From positions 1-38,099 of the forward strand of contig JBHHVD010000024.1 in NCBI GenBank assembly GCA_046754105.1: a stretch of 38,099 nt of DNA, read 5' to 3'. Position numbers and translations under genes: made by a program. Origin of the DNA: Candidatus Krumholzibacteriia bacterium (GTDB lineage: Bacteria; Krumholzibacteriota; Krumholzibacteriia; WVZY01). Under the pieces are notes generated by a model. It did no database searches, was not told the DNA's origin, and worked only from the letters and a program-made list of their open reading frames with translations. Of this stretch, positions 17,618 to 27,307 are shown piece after piece. The first letter of the stretch is position 1, and the number at the start of each line of letters is the position of its first letter.

Positions 17618-19207
17618 TCAGCTCCCCAGCTGCCCGAGAAACGTCTTGGCCGCCAGCTCGCCCGGCGCCCCCATGACCCCGCCGCCGGGGTGGGTGCCGG
17701 AACCGCACATCCACAGGTCTCGGATCGGTGTCTTGTAGCGCGCCCAACCCGCCGCGGGGCGCATGAACATGAGCTGCTCGAGGCCGAGCTCGCCGTGAAA
17801 GATATTCCCCTCGGTCAGGCCCACCTGTTCTTCCATGTCCCACGGTGTCAGCACCTGGCGGTAGAGAATCGACTCCTTTAGCGTCGGACAGTACTCGGCC
17901 AGCGTATCTACGACGGCGTCACCGAAGGCTTCCCTGCGTTCGGGCCAGGTGGACGCGCCCTCCTTTATATGGTACGGCGCGTACTGTACGAAAATCGATA
18001 CGACGTGCTTGCCCGGCGGCGCGACCGTCGAGTCGACGAGTGACGGTATGACGACGTTGAGGTACGGGCGCTCCGAGTAGTCCCCGTACTTGGCCTGGTC
18101 GTAGGCCTTTTCCAGGTATTCGAAGCTCGGCGCGATGGCGACGTCGCCACGCACGTGGGGCCCGGCGCCCGGCCGGCACGAGAAATCGGGGAAACGGTCG
18201 ACGGCCAGGTTGACCTTGCCCGAGCTGCCGCGCAACTTGTAGCGCTTGATGGAGCGTACGAATTCCGCGTCGAGATGCTTCTCACCGACCATGCGCATGA
18301 ACGTCCGCCGCGGGTCGAGGCTCGAAAACACCTGCTTCGCATTTATCTCCTCGCCGCTCGAGAGCACGACGCCCTGGCAGTGCCCGCGCCTTATGAGAAA
18401 CTGCTGGACCGGCGCCCGCGTGCGTATCTCCGCCCCGAACTGCTTTGCCGCCGACGCCACCGCGCGACTCAACTGGCCGGTGCCACCGCGCGCAAATCCC
18501 CACGCTCGGAAGGCGCCGTCGATCTCGCCCATGTAATGGTGGAGCAGCACGTACGCCGTGCCCGGTGAGCGCACGCCCAGGAAAGTACCGATGATACCGC
18601 TGACCGACATCGGAGACTTGAGCGTCTCCGATTCGAACCACATGTCGAGAAAATCCGCCGCGCTCATGGTGAGCAGCTTCGCATGCAGGTACATGAGGTC
18701 GGAGCCGAACGAGCGCACGTGATTGCCGAGCCGCAGCAGCCGCAGGATTTCCCGTGGGCTCCTCGAAAACGGGTCCGGTGCGGGGTTGTCGATGAGCTGC
18801 TTGACGAAGAACGACATCTTCTTCATCGCCATCCCGAACTCGGCGTAGTTCTCCGCGTCCCTCGCGCTGAAACGGGCGATCTCGCGGCGGGTCTCGTGCG
18901 GGTCCGCCCAGCGGCACATCGAATCGCCGTCGGGCAGGGGCAGGAATGACGCCTCCAACGGAATGATCTCCAGCCCGTGACCGGCCAGACCCAGCTCGCG
19001 GATGATGTGCGGGCGGAAAAGGCTTACCACGTAGGAGAACACCGAGAACTTGAAACCCGGGTACAGCTCTTCCGTGGCCGCCGCCCCCCCCAGAACGTGG
19101 CGGCGCTCGAGGACGAGCACCTTGCGGCCGGCGCGGGCGAGGTAGGCCGCGCACACGAGACCGTTGTGACCGCCACCGACAATTATAGCGTCATATTTCT
19201 TGGCCAT
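17618..19207 (-). CDS. Phytoene dehydrogenase-like (PYROXD2-type) FAD oxidoreductase
   Basis: Start re-assigned to ATG 19207 (MAKKYDAIIVGGGHNGL); PGTAYVLLHH, EGNIFHGEL and CGSGTHPGGGVMG motifs. Confidence 0.9.
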   Translation of the reverse strand: MAKKYDAIIVGGGHNGLVCAAYLARAGRKVLVLERRHVLGGAAATEELYPGFKFSVFSYVVSLFRPHIIRELGLAGHGLEIIPLEASFLPLPDGDSMCRWADPHETRREIARFSARDAENYAEFGMAMKKMSFFVKQLIDNPAPDPFSRSPREILRLLRLGNHVRSFGSDLMYLHAKLLTMSAADFLDMWFESETLKSPMSVSGIIGTFLGVRSPGTAYVLLHHYMGEIDGAFRAWGFARGGTGQLSRAVASAAKQFGAEIRTRAPVQQFLIRRGHCQGVVLSSGEEINAKQVFSSLDPRRTFMRMVGEKHLDAEFVRSIKRYKLRGSSGKVNLAVDRFPDFSCRPGAGPHVRGDVAIAPSFEYLEKAYDQAKYGDYSERPYLNVVIPSLVDSTVAPPGKHVVSIFVQYAPYHIKEGASTWPERREAFGDAVVDTLAEYCPTLKESILYRQVLTPWDMEEQVGLTEGNIFHGELGLEQLMFMRPAAGWARYKTPIRDLWMCGSGTHPGGGVMGAPGELAAKTFLGQLGS

Positions 19208-19335
19208 CTCACCTATCGTCGCCGGGTCAAACTCGCCACCGCCGCAAAAACGCTTGACGCTCTCAAAGAGGCGCACCTACCCTTACGCGCGACCACAAAA
19301 CGGGCGAAATACACTCTCTCATCGAGGAGAACGAC

Positions 19336-19815
19336 ATGCGCAAGCGCGCCGCATACCTGACCACCATGTTCCTGACAATCGCCGCCGCCACGACGGCCGG
19401 CGCCCAGGGGCTGCGCCCCGCGATCGGGGCCCGCACCGGATTCAGCGTGACCCCGGACCAGTTCACGATCGGCATCCAGTCGCAGCTGGGCAGTTTTTCC
19501 TTGGGCCGCTTCGCGCCCAGCGTCGACTTCGGTTTTGGAAACGACGTCACGGTCACGGCCTTCAATCTCGACATCCAGGCGGGATTGCTGAGCTTCCCCG
19601 GCTCGTCGACCGGCGTGTACGGCGGTGTGGGCCCCACGATCAGCATCCTTTCTCCCGACCGGGGCAGCTCGGATACCGAGATCGGGCTCAGCCTGGTCGC
19701 GGGTATCAAGATGCCCTTCAGCCCCCTCAACTACTACAATATCGAGGCGCGTTTCGGCGTCGGCGACATCCCCGACTTCAAGCTCCTCGTGGGCGCCATG
19801 ATCGGGCTGCGCTGA
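19336..19815 (+). CDS. Small outer-membrane beta-barrel protein
   Basis: GAGGAG RBS, signal peptide AGA-Q, about 8 amphipathic strands (PDQF.IG, YGGVGP, EARFGVGD). Confidence 0.7.
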   Translation: MRKRAAYLTTMFLTIAAATTAGAQGLRPAIGARTGFSVTPDQFTIGIQSQLGSFSLGRFAPSVDFGFGNDVTVTAFNLDIQAGLLSFPGSSTGVYGGVGPTISILSPDRGSSDTEIGLSLVAGIKMPFSPLNYYNIEARFGVGDIPDFKLLVGAMIGLR

Positions 19816-19856
19816 GGCCGGGGCCCCAGCAGCGCAAAGAAACCAACGCGGCGGCG

Positions 19857-21047
19857 CTAGCGCTTCTTGCGCTCCGGGTCGAAAAACGGTTTCTCGGCAA
19901 CCGTCGCGGGCACCGTCTTGCGCTCGTACTCCACCGTCACCTCGAACTGCAATCGGGTGCCAACCGTCTCGAAACCGCGGTAGACAGTGGCCAGCGCGAG
20001 GTTCTTCTTCAAGATCGGTGACCATGTACCGCTGGTGGCATACCCCACCTGTGTACCCGTGTCGTCGTACACCGGTGCGGACGTGCGCCACGCCTGGCTC
20101 GGAATCTCGGGCGGCAGCCCTTTGGCGGCGAACAACGCCTCGTGCTCGTCCCAACCGATCTCGAGACCGACGAGCATACGTGCCGGCCCGCGCAGCTTTT
20201 CCAGCGCGAGGGCGTCCCGGCCGTTGAACGGTCCCCTCTTTATCTTGACCATCCAGCCGAAACCAAGCTCGAACGGCGTCGACTTCCTCGACTTGACGAG
20301 ACAGTGGTTGGCGTTGAAATAATCGATGCCGTTCAAGACAAAACCCGCTTCGACCCGCGTGATGTCCATTGCGTCGAGACCGGCGGGCAGCATTCCGTAC
20401 TTTTGCCCGATGTCGTTCAACGCGTCCCATATGCGCGTTGCGTTGCCGCTTTCCACCCACACTTCGTAGCCGAGATCACCCGTATAGCCGGTCCTTGATA
20501 CATACACCCGGCAGCCGTCGATCTGGGTTTGCCTGACGGCAAAGTACTTGAGACCGGTGATATCGTCTTCGGTCGCCTCCTGGAGAATATCTCTGGACCT
20601 GGGGCCCTGCAGTGCGAGGGCGCCCAGCTGGCGGCTGCTGTCCTCAATGGTCACGCGGCAGCCGCGCGCGAAACGATGCAGCCACGCCAGGTTGGGCTCG
20701 GTGGACGTGACCCGGTAGTAGTCCTCATCGAGACGGGAGACGGTTCCGTCGTCGATCACCTTGCCGTCGTCGTCGCACCAGCACGTGTATGCGACGCGCC
20801 CCGGTTTCAGCCTGGCGATGTTGCGCACCATGATGCGTGACAACAGGGCGGCGGCGTCTTTGCCGTATACTTCGTACTTGAAAAGCGGTGTTACGTCGAC
20901 GAGCCCGGCGGTGTGGCGGAATGCGAAGTACTCGCGCTCGGGGTAGGTGTCGTACGAGCGGACCGCGTAATAGCCGGCCCAGTCTTTGTAAAGAAGGCTT
21001 ACGCAGTTTTCAAACGTTCGTTCGTGAAAGGGCGTCGGAATGGGCAT
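19857..21047 (-). CDS. Aminomethyltransferase (GcvT/folate-binding) family protein
   Basis: Start ATG 21047 (MPIPTPFHERT); DVTPLFK, GKVIDDG, LQGPRS, SRTGYTGDLGYE, RVEAG and PFFDPERK motifs. No gcvH/gcvP in the window. Confidence 0.9.
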   Translation of the reverse strand: MPIPTPFHERTFENCVSLLYKDWAGYYAVRSYDTYPEREYFAFRHTAGLVDVTPLFKYEVYGKDAAALLSRIMVRNIARLKPGRVAYTCWCDDDGKVIDDGTVSRLDEDYYRVTSTEPNLAWLHRFARGCRVTIEDSSRQLGALALQGPRSRDILQEATEDDITGLKYFAVRQTQIDGCRVYVSRTGYTGDLGYEVWVESGNATRIWDALNDIGQKYGMLPAGLDAMDITRVEAGFVLNGIDYFNANHCLVKSRKSTPFELGFGWMVKIKRGPFNGRDALALEKLRGPARMLVGLEIGWDEHEALFAAKGLPPEIPSQAWRTSAPVYDDTGTQVGYATSGTWSPILKKNLALATVYRGFETVGTRLQFEVTVEYERKTVPATVAEKPFFDPERKKR

Positions 21048-21202
21048 CGCGCCGTTCTTTTCTTGGTATCGTCTCCGGTAACACACCACCCAGGAGCCCA
21101 TGGGTCCCCTAGGGTAAACCGGGGCCGGAAGCCCCGGCAAGCGCAAAAGCCGCGCTTCTCCGTGCGGCGCAGCGGAGCCGGCGCCCCGGCGGGTGTCGCC
21201 CG

Positions 21203-21232
21203 TTGAACGGCGCCTCGCCGGTGTGCTATACT
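21203..21232 (+). promoter_or_regulatory. sigma70-type promoter (extended -10)
   Basis: TTGAAC - 18 nt - TATACT, with TG one base upstream of the -10. Confidence 0.5.
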
Positions 21233-21262
21233 GACGCCACACGCATCCGAAGGAGGCCCGCC

Positions 21263-22927
21263 ATGCACCGCACAGGTTGCCCTGTCGTCCTCGCACTTCT
21301 TACTATTTGCTTTCTTTGCCCATCCGACGCAGCGGCAGCCAATGCGCTGGGCCGCGACAGCGATCCCGTCGTGATGTCGGGCTCGAACCTGCCGTCGCTC
21401 AGCGGCCTTTCGCCGCCCGCTGTCGTCGCGTTCCGGTACGACGCGGGGTGGACCCAGATACCGGTCCAGATCGACGAGCGCGCCGTCAACGATTACGGGG
21501 TCGTGTACGACTCGGCCGCGGTCGGCCTGACCACGCTGGCCTATACCGATCCGGGCACGTTCATGGGCCCCGACCCGGACCCCACGTTCGACGCCGACGA
21601 CGAGCTGGTCTTCATGGCCCGGGACGCCGGGGGCCTGGCGGCGGCCGGCGATCCGGCAGGCGTGATCGCCGGCACACGCGTCCGCGTCGAGGTCACAGAT
21701 CCTCTCACGCTGCAAAGCGCCTACGTCTATCTCTTCCGCTCGGATGGCAGTCTTGCGCCCGATGCGGGGGCGGATTACGTGGCGTACAATTTCAACCTGC
21801 TCTCGGGCCCGTACCTGACGACATACAACACCACAGTCGGCCCCAACCCGGAAAACTCGGCGGTGACGACGGCCTTCTACCGGACGCACTTCAGCGACCG
21901 CTGGATTCGTGACGAGATCAACCTCTTCGCCGGCGGGGCCACCGGCGTGGACATCCTCGACCGGCACAAGAACCTCTTCGCCCCCGGCAACTGCGCCCGC
22001 TCGGAGAACTCGTTCAGCGCCGGGGAAGGCGCCTTCTTCGTCAACAAGGACGGCCCCGTGCGGGCCATACGCTCGTACATGGGAGCCAACAGCGGGCCGT
22101 TCACCCAGCGCACGCACCTCTTTTACGAGCGGCGCCACGACGTCACGACGAACCTCAGGGTGCACGCGATCAGCGGCGTCATGGATTTCTACGACTACAG
22201 CCCCGCCGCTACCGGTCTCACGTACTACAACGACCTCAACACGTCCGGCACGGCGATCGATGGATCGCCGGACGCGCCCGTGCTGGGGCCGATCGTGTGG
22301 GAGATGGTTTCGGGCGCGCAGGGCACGCTGGTCTACGCCGAATGGATCGACACCAACATTCCCGCTTTTGCGTACACCAGCTACTACCTGGATGCCGTAA
22401 CGCCGCCGGTCGTCCAGTGCACGGGCGATGGGACCGCGTACGGATCGAGTGGCGTCCAGGTCGCGCAACCCATACCGAGCACCGACCCGGCGCTGGGCGC
22501 GGTCAACTTCATGGATTTTTACCGGGTGGCCTACGCCGAGGGCCCCGGGCAGACGGTCGCGCTGGCCGCGGCGCGTAACGATCAGGCCAAGAGCCCCCTG
22601 ACGACCGCGGTAACCACTCCCACCGGGATCGGCCTCGACCACCGCGTGCCCGGTTACGCGCTCGCTCAGAATTTTCCCAACCCGTTTTCCGAAACGACCC
22701 GGATCGGGTTTTCGATCCCGGAAGGATCGGGCGCGAGTATCCGTGTCTTCGACGTATCCGGCAGGCTCGTGCGAACGCTCCACCGGGCCGGCGGCCGGGG
22801 CGAAGACGGCTTCGTCTCCTGGAACGGCACCGACGAGCACGGGCGCCGCGTGGCATCGGGGATCTATTTCTACCGGCTGCACTCGGGCACGTTCATGCAG
22901 ACACGAAAGATGGTGATTCTCGAGTAA
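21263..22927 (+). CDS. Secreted protein with C-terminal FlgD-Ig / T9SS-type sorting domain
   Basis: GGAGG RBS, signal peptide, tail LAQNFPNPF...IRVFDVSGRLVRTL...WNGTD..G..VASGIYFYRL...TRKMVILE. Confidence 0.85.
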   Translation: MHRTGCPVVLALLTICFLCPSDAAAANALGRDSDPVVMSGSNLPSLSGLSPPAVVAFRYDAGWTQIPVQIDERAVNDYGVVYDSAAVGLTTLAYTDPGTFMGPDPDPTFDADDELVFMARDAGGLAAAGDPAGVIAGTRVRVEVTDPLTLQSAYVYLFRSDGSLAPDAGADYVAYNFNLLSGPYLTTYNTTVGPNPENSAVTTAFYRTHFSDRWIRDEINLFAGGATGVDILDRHKNLFAPGNCARSENSFSAGEGAFFVNKDGPVRAIRSYMGANSGPFTQRTHLFYERRHDVTTNLRVHAISGVMDFYDYSPAATGLTYYNDLNTSGTAIDGSPDAPVLGPIVWEMVSGAQGTLVYAEWIDTNIPAFAYTSYYLDAVTPPVVQCTGDGTAYGSSGVQVAQPIPSTDPALGAVNFMDFYRVAYAEGPGQTVALAAARNDQAKSPLTTAVTTPTGIGLDHRVPGYALAQNFPNPFSETTRIGFSIPEGSGASIRVFDVSGRLVRTLHRAGGRGEDGFVSWNGTDEHGRRVASGIYFYRLHSGTFMQTRKMVILE

Positions 22928-22934
22928 TCCCGGT

Positions 22935-23408
22935 ATGGAGATTTCCATTCGAAGAGCCACCATCAACGACCTCGAGTCGATCGTCGCTTTCAACGCCGCG
23001 ATGGCGAAAGAGACCGAAGCCCGGGAGCTGTCCGTGGAGGTGTTGAGCCGGGGGGTGCGGTCGGTGTTGGACGATGCCGCCAAGGGGTTCTACCTCGTGG
23101 CCGAGACGGGCGGGACCACGGCCGGCGGGCTCCTCGTCACCGACGAGTGGAGCGACTGGCACAACGCCTATTACTGGTGGATCCAGAGCGTCTACGTCCG
23201 CCCGCAGTTTCGCGGCCGGGGCGTCTACCAGCGGCTGCACCGGGTGGTGGAGGAGATGGCCGCGGGGCAGGGCGTGTGCGGCATCCGTCTCTACGTCGAC
23301 CGCGGGAACGAGCGCGCCAAAAACGTATACCGGCGCCTCGGGATGACGCCGGCCCGCTACGAATTCTACGAGACCTCCACGCCCGGCGACGGCCCTGATT
23401 TCGCTTGA
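22935..23408 (+). CDS. GNAT-family N-acetyltransferase
   Basis: EWSDW..YYWWIQSVYVRPQFRGRGV and RLYVD..N..A..VY..LGM motifs. Confidence 0.92.
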   Translation: MEISIRRATINDLESIVAFNAAMAKETEARELSVEVLSRGVRSVLDDAAKGFYLVAETGGTTAGGLLVTDEWSDWHNAYYWWIQSVYVRPQFRGRGVYQRLHRVVEEMAAGQGVCGIRLYVDRGNERAKNVYRRLGMTPARYEFYETSTPGDGPDFA

Positions 23409-23433
23409 CCCCAGGGGGACGATTCTTTACACT
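23405..23433 (+). promoter_or_regulatory. sigma70-type promoter for hppA
   Basis: TTGACC - 17 nt - TACACT. Confidence 0.65.
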
Positions 23434-23586
23434 GCACGCGTTTTACTGGGGGTGTAATTTGGCGGCCCGCCAGATCGTATCCTTTTCCCTTATTTAAAAG
23501 CATACATGTTGACGTTGGAATCGACCCTGCAATCGTGGTGCGGTGGTTCCACGTAGCGCTCTGAGACTTCCAAGGAGGACGTATTT

Positions 23587-25578
23587 ATGGATTCCGCCCT
23601 TATCCTGGGAATCCCCTGGATCGGCGTCGTGGGTATGGTTATAGCCACGTTCACCTTTTTCGCGGTATTGAAACATCCACCGGGTAACGAGACCATGCAG
23701 CAAATCGGGCAGCGGGTCTACACCGGCGCCATGGTGTTTCTCAAACGGGAATACACGATTATCTCGATCTTCATGATCATCGTATTCATAGCACTCGCCA
23801 TCCTGCTCGGCACGTGGACGGGTGTCGCCTATCTCGCGGGCGCGCTCTCTTCGATGTTCGCCGGCTGGTTCGGCATGCAGGCGGCGACCCGCAGTGCCAC
23901 ACGCGCCTGCCAGGGCGCCAAGGAGGGAGGCACGGCGGCCGCGTTGTCGATCGCGTTTCAGGGCGGGTCGGTGATGGGCCTTACCGTCGCCTCGCTGGGT
24001 GTTATTGGCATCGGTTTCTTCTTCATATTCCTCAGGCACGATCCGCAAAACGCACCGCTCGTTATCAACGGCTTTGCCATGGGCGCTTCGAGCATCGCGC
24101 TCTTCGCGCGCGTAGGCGGTGGTATCTACACGAAGAGCGCCGATGTGGGCGCCGACCTCGTGGGGAAGGTCGAAGCGGGCATCCCCGAGGACGACCCGCG
24201 GAACCCCGGTGTGATCGCCGACAACGTGGGAGACAACGTCGGTGATACCGCCGGCATGGGCGCCGACCTCTTCGAGTCGTACGTGGGCTCCGTCATCGCC
24301 ACCATCGCCATCGCCGCCGCAACCTTCGCCGAGCCGCTGGCACGCATGACGGTGCCGCTGGCGATGATCGCGGTCGGCCTGGTGGCATCCGTATTGGGCA
24401 TCTGGTCGATGGGGATTTTCAAGAAAATGAACCCTATGTCGGCACTCAATTATTCGACGTACACGGCGGGCGTGTTGTTCCTCGCCGGCGCCTACATTGT
24501 AATCGACAAGCTGGTCGGAGACGTCAACACGTTCTGGGCCGTGCTCACCGGTTTGGTATGCGGTGTGTTGATCGCGCGCGAGACGGAGCATTTCACAGCG
24601 GGCAAGCCGATTCGAGATATCGCGGACTCGAGTGCCGAAGGCGGTGTCGCGACCAACATCATCACCGGCCTGGCCGTGGGCTTCAAGAGCGCCATTCCCC
24701 CCGTCCTGACTATCGCCGCGGCGATCTATGTCGCCCACGAGCTAAACGGTCTCTACGGTATCGGCATCGCCGGCGTGGGAATGCTGGCGACGATCGGTAT
24801 CGTAATGTCGACAGACTCGTACGGACCCATCGCGGACAACGCGGGTGGGGTGGCCGAAATGAGCAAGGCGGGACCGGAGATCCGCGAGATCACCGATAAG
24901 CTCGATTCCATCGGCAACACCACAGCCGCCATCGGCAAGGGGTTTGCCATCGGCAGCGCCGCACTTACCGCGCTCGCACTGTTTTCCGCCTACCAGAACA
25001 CGGTGGGTCTCGAATCGATCAACCTGACCCGGCCCCAGACGGTGATCGGGCTGCTGCTTGGTTCGATGATGCCGTTTCTGATCGCGGCGTTTACCATGGA
25101 GGCGGTGGGCCGCGCGGCGAACAAGATGGTGACCGAGATCCGGCGCCAGTTCCGCGAGATCAAGGGCCTGCTCGAAGGAACCGCCGAGCCGGACGTCGAG
25201 ACCTGTATCGATATCGTGACCCGGGGCGCGCTGCGCGAAATGATCGCTCCCGGGCTGGTAGCCGTCGCCTCGCCGCTGATCGTCGGCTTCCTGATGGGCC
25301 CGGAGGCCCTCGGCGGTTTTCTCGCCGGCGCGACGGCCACCGGCGTCCTCATCGGCGTGTTCATGGCCAACAGCGGCGGCGCGTGGGACAACGCCAAGAA
25401 ATATATCGAGGAGGGAGCACACGGGGGCAAGGGATCGGACGCGCACAAGGCGGCCGTCGTGGGCGACACCGTCGGAGACCCGTTCAAGGACACGTCCGGC
25501 CCGTCGATGAACATCCTCATCAAGCTGATGGCCGTGGTTTCGCTCGTCTTCGCGCCGGTCATCGCGAAGCTCTTGTAG
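23587..25578 (+). CDS. hppA: Membrane-bound pyrophosphatase, K+-dependent type (probably Na+-translocating)
   Basis: [42 protein letters not shown] (Ala = K+-dependent) and [10 protein letters not shown] motifs; AAGGAGG RBS. Confidence 0.96.
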   Translation: MDSALILGIPWIGVVGMVIATFTFFAVLKHPPGNETMQQIGQRVYTGAMVFLKREYTIISIFMIIVFIALAILLGTWTGVAYLAGALSSMFAGWFGMQAATRSATRACQGAKEGGTAAALSIAFQGGSVMGLTVASLGVIGIGFFFIFLRHDPQNAPLVINGFAMGASSIALFARVGGGIYTKSADVGADLVGKVEAGIPEDDPRNPGVIADNVGDNVGDTAGMGADLFESYVGSVIATIAIAAATFAEPLARMTVPLAMIAVGLVASVLGIWSMGIFKKMNPMSALNYSTYTAGVLFLAGAYIVIDKLVGDVNTFWAVLTGLVCGVLIARETEHFTAGKPIRDIADSSAEGGVATNIITGLAVGFKSAIPPVLTIAAAIYVAHELNGLYGIGIAGVGMLATIGIVMSTDSYGPIADNAGGVAEMSKAGPEIREITDKLDSIGNTTAAIGKGFAIGSAALTALALFSAYQNTVGLESINLTRPQTVIGLLLGSMMPFLIAAFTMEAVGRAANKMVTEIRRQFREIKGLLEGTAEPDVETCIDIVTRGALREMIAPGLVAVASPLIVGFLMGPEALGGFLAGATATGVLIGVFMANSGGAWDNAKKYIEEGAHGGKGSDAHKAAVVGDTVGDPFKDTSGPSMNILIKLMAVVSLVFAPVIAKLL

Positions 25579-25598
25579 GGCACGCGAGGCGCGGTGCC

Positions 25599-25685
25599 GC
25601 CCGATGCGGGTGGCAGCGAACGGGCGCCCGCCCGCGCGCAGAATTCGAGCACGGGTGGGCTGTTCGCTGACAGGACCCGCACCGG
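25599..25685. repeat. REP-like palindromic element downstream of hppA
   Basis: CGATGCGGGTGGCAGCGAACGGGCGCC (25602-25628) is identical to 36225-36251; folds back on GTTCGCTG..ACCCGCACCGG (25662-25685). Confidence 0.8.
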
Positions 25686-25730
25686 GTCCCGGCCGGGCCG
25701 TGTCACTGTGCCACAACACCGGGGTCTCGA

Positions 25731-25832
25731 ATGCCGCTACACACACTGCTCATCGTAGGTGGTAGCTGGATTGTCATCCTGCTTCTGACCCTGTGGCGCA
25801 TCGCCACGTGGAAGGACGGCGGTGACGAGTAG
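25731..25832 (+). CDS. 33-aa single-TM small protein, candidate symporter accessory subunit
   Basis: MPLHTLLIVGGSWIVILLLTLWRIATWKDGGDE*; its TAG overlaps the symporter GTG by 1 nt. Below the ORF-track size cutoff. Confidence 0.65.
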   Translation: MPLHTLLIVGGSWIVILLLTLWRIATWKDGGDE

Positions 25833-27307
25833 TGGATCCCTCGGCTGGCAGCGACTGGTCGCTCTTCATCGGCTTCGGCGTATACCTCATCGTCCTCCTC
25901 GTCTGCGGCCTCGCCGCTTCCACACTCATGAAACGACTCGACGACTTTCTCCTCGCGGGGAGAAGGCTCGGTCCCCTGTCGGCCGCGATATCCGAGCGCG
26001 CGAGCGGTGAGAGTGCGTGGTTCCTGCTCGGGCTGCCCGGCGCCGCATACGCAGCCGGGTTTACAGAGTTCTGGTCGGTGATCGGCATCGCGCTCGGGAT
26101 CCTCGCGTCGTGGTCGTTCATTGCATTTCATCTCCGGAAACAAACCGAAAAGCTCGGCGCCCTGACGCTGCCCGATTATTTCGAAATGCGTTTCTCCGAC
26201 GCACCGTTCGCGCTGCGCCGGTCGCTTCGAATCGTTTCCATGCTCATCATCATTCTCTTTTACACCGGCTATGTCGCCGCGCAGTTCGTCGGAGGCGGCA
26301 AGATCCTCAACGCAACCTTCGGCATCGACGCCACGTGGGGAATGGTAATCGGCGCGGCCGTCGTGATGCTCTATACGATGCTGGGCGGCTTCCTCGCAGT
26401 CGTGTGGACCGACGTCGTGCAGGGAATCATGATGGCGGGTGTTGCGGTCGTCCTGCCGCTGATCGGCATCATCAAGCTCGGCGGCCCGCACGCGATGCTG
26501 GAGAGACTCGCCCCGATGGGCGAGAATTTTCTGAGTATGAACGCCGGCCAGACGGGCTCCGCCTTTATCTTCGGCGTGATGCTCGGGAGCCTCTCGTGGG
26601 GGTTCGGCTACCTGGGTCAGCCCCACCTGCTCAGCCGCTACATGGCGGTCAGAAACGCCGTGGACGCGAAGCGAGGCACGCTCATCGCGATGGCGTGGAC
26701 GCTCGTCGCCTACTGGGGCGCGCCGCTGATCGGGATCGTCGCCGCGGCGATCCTCGGCACCGGCATCGCCGACCCGGAGACCGTTATGCCGCTTCTGGCG
26801 CGTGAGCTGGTGCCCGGCTGGCTCGCGGGATTGATGATCGCGGGCGCGGTGGCGGCGATGATGTCGACCGCGGACTCGCAATTGATCGTCGTCACCTCAT
26901 CGCTGGTCGAGGATATCTACGTGAGGCTTTTCAAGCCCGACGCGCACGCACGCCGACTGGTCCTGCTGAGCCGCATCGCGACTGCGGCGGCGTCGGCGGT
27001 GGCCCTGCTGCTGGCGTTCGGCAACAAGGATTTGATCTTCGACATGGTGGCCTACGCGTGGTCGGGTCTGGGGTCTTCGTTCGGCCCTCCGCTGTTGTTG
27101 TCGCTTCGCTGGCGGCGCACGACTGCGTGGGGTGCCCTGGCGGGCATGTTGTCGGGTACCGTCAGCAATATTGTGTGGAAAGACACCTCGGTCCTCAGCG
27201 AAGGGCTCGACATCAAGCTGGCGACGTTTGTCATTTCACTGGCGTGCACGGTTGTCGTGAGCCTGCTCACGCAACGCCAGGCCCGCCGCCCGGGCTCACT
27301 CTCCTGA
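25832..27307 (+). CDS. putP: Sodium:solute symporter, PutP-like
   Basis: DFLLAGR.LGP, AS.ESAW.LLGLPG, GGFLAVVWTD, GYLGQPH...RYMA and AAMMSTADSQL motifs. Substrate not certain. Confidence 0.88.
   Translation: MDPSAGSDWSLFIGFGVYLIVLLVCGLAASTLMKRLDDFLLAGRRLGPLSAAISERASGESAWFLLGLPGAAYAAGFTEFWSVIGIALGILASWSFIAFHLRKQTEKLGALTLPDYFEMRFSDAPFALRRSLRIVSMLIIILFYTGYVAAQFVGGGKILNATFGIDATWGMVIGAAVVMLYTMLGGFLAVVWTDVVQGIMMAGVAVVLPLIGIIKLGGPHAMLERLAPMGENFLSMNAGQTGSAFIFGVMLGSLSWGFGYLGQPHLLSRYMAVRNAVDAKRGTLIAMAWTLVAYWGAPLIGIVAAAILGTGIADPETVMPLLARELVPGWLAGLMIAGAVAAMMSTADSQLIVVTSSLVEDIYVRLFKPDAHARRLVLLSRIATAAASAVALLLAFGNKDLIFDMVAYAWSGLGSSFGPPLLLSLRWRRTTAWGALAGMLSGTVSNIVWKDTSVLSEGLDIKLATFVISLACTVVVSLLTQRQARRPGSLS

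Noticed and set aside
16052..19207. Carotenoid biosynthesis (crtI) assignment
   Set aside because: No crtB/crtE in the window; the GHNGL and HPGGG motifs and GcvT context fit the PYROXD2-like group.
19857..21047. Bona fide glycine cleavage T protein (gcvT)
   Set aside because: No gcvH/gcvP adjacent and the N-terminal motifs are divergent; labelled at family level only.
20999..23083. Long alternative-frame ORFs (e.g. 694 aa here, 739 aa at 12268-14487, 477 aa at 3255-4688)
   Set aside because: Antisense shadows of well-supported genes in high-GC DNA, with no recognisable motifs.
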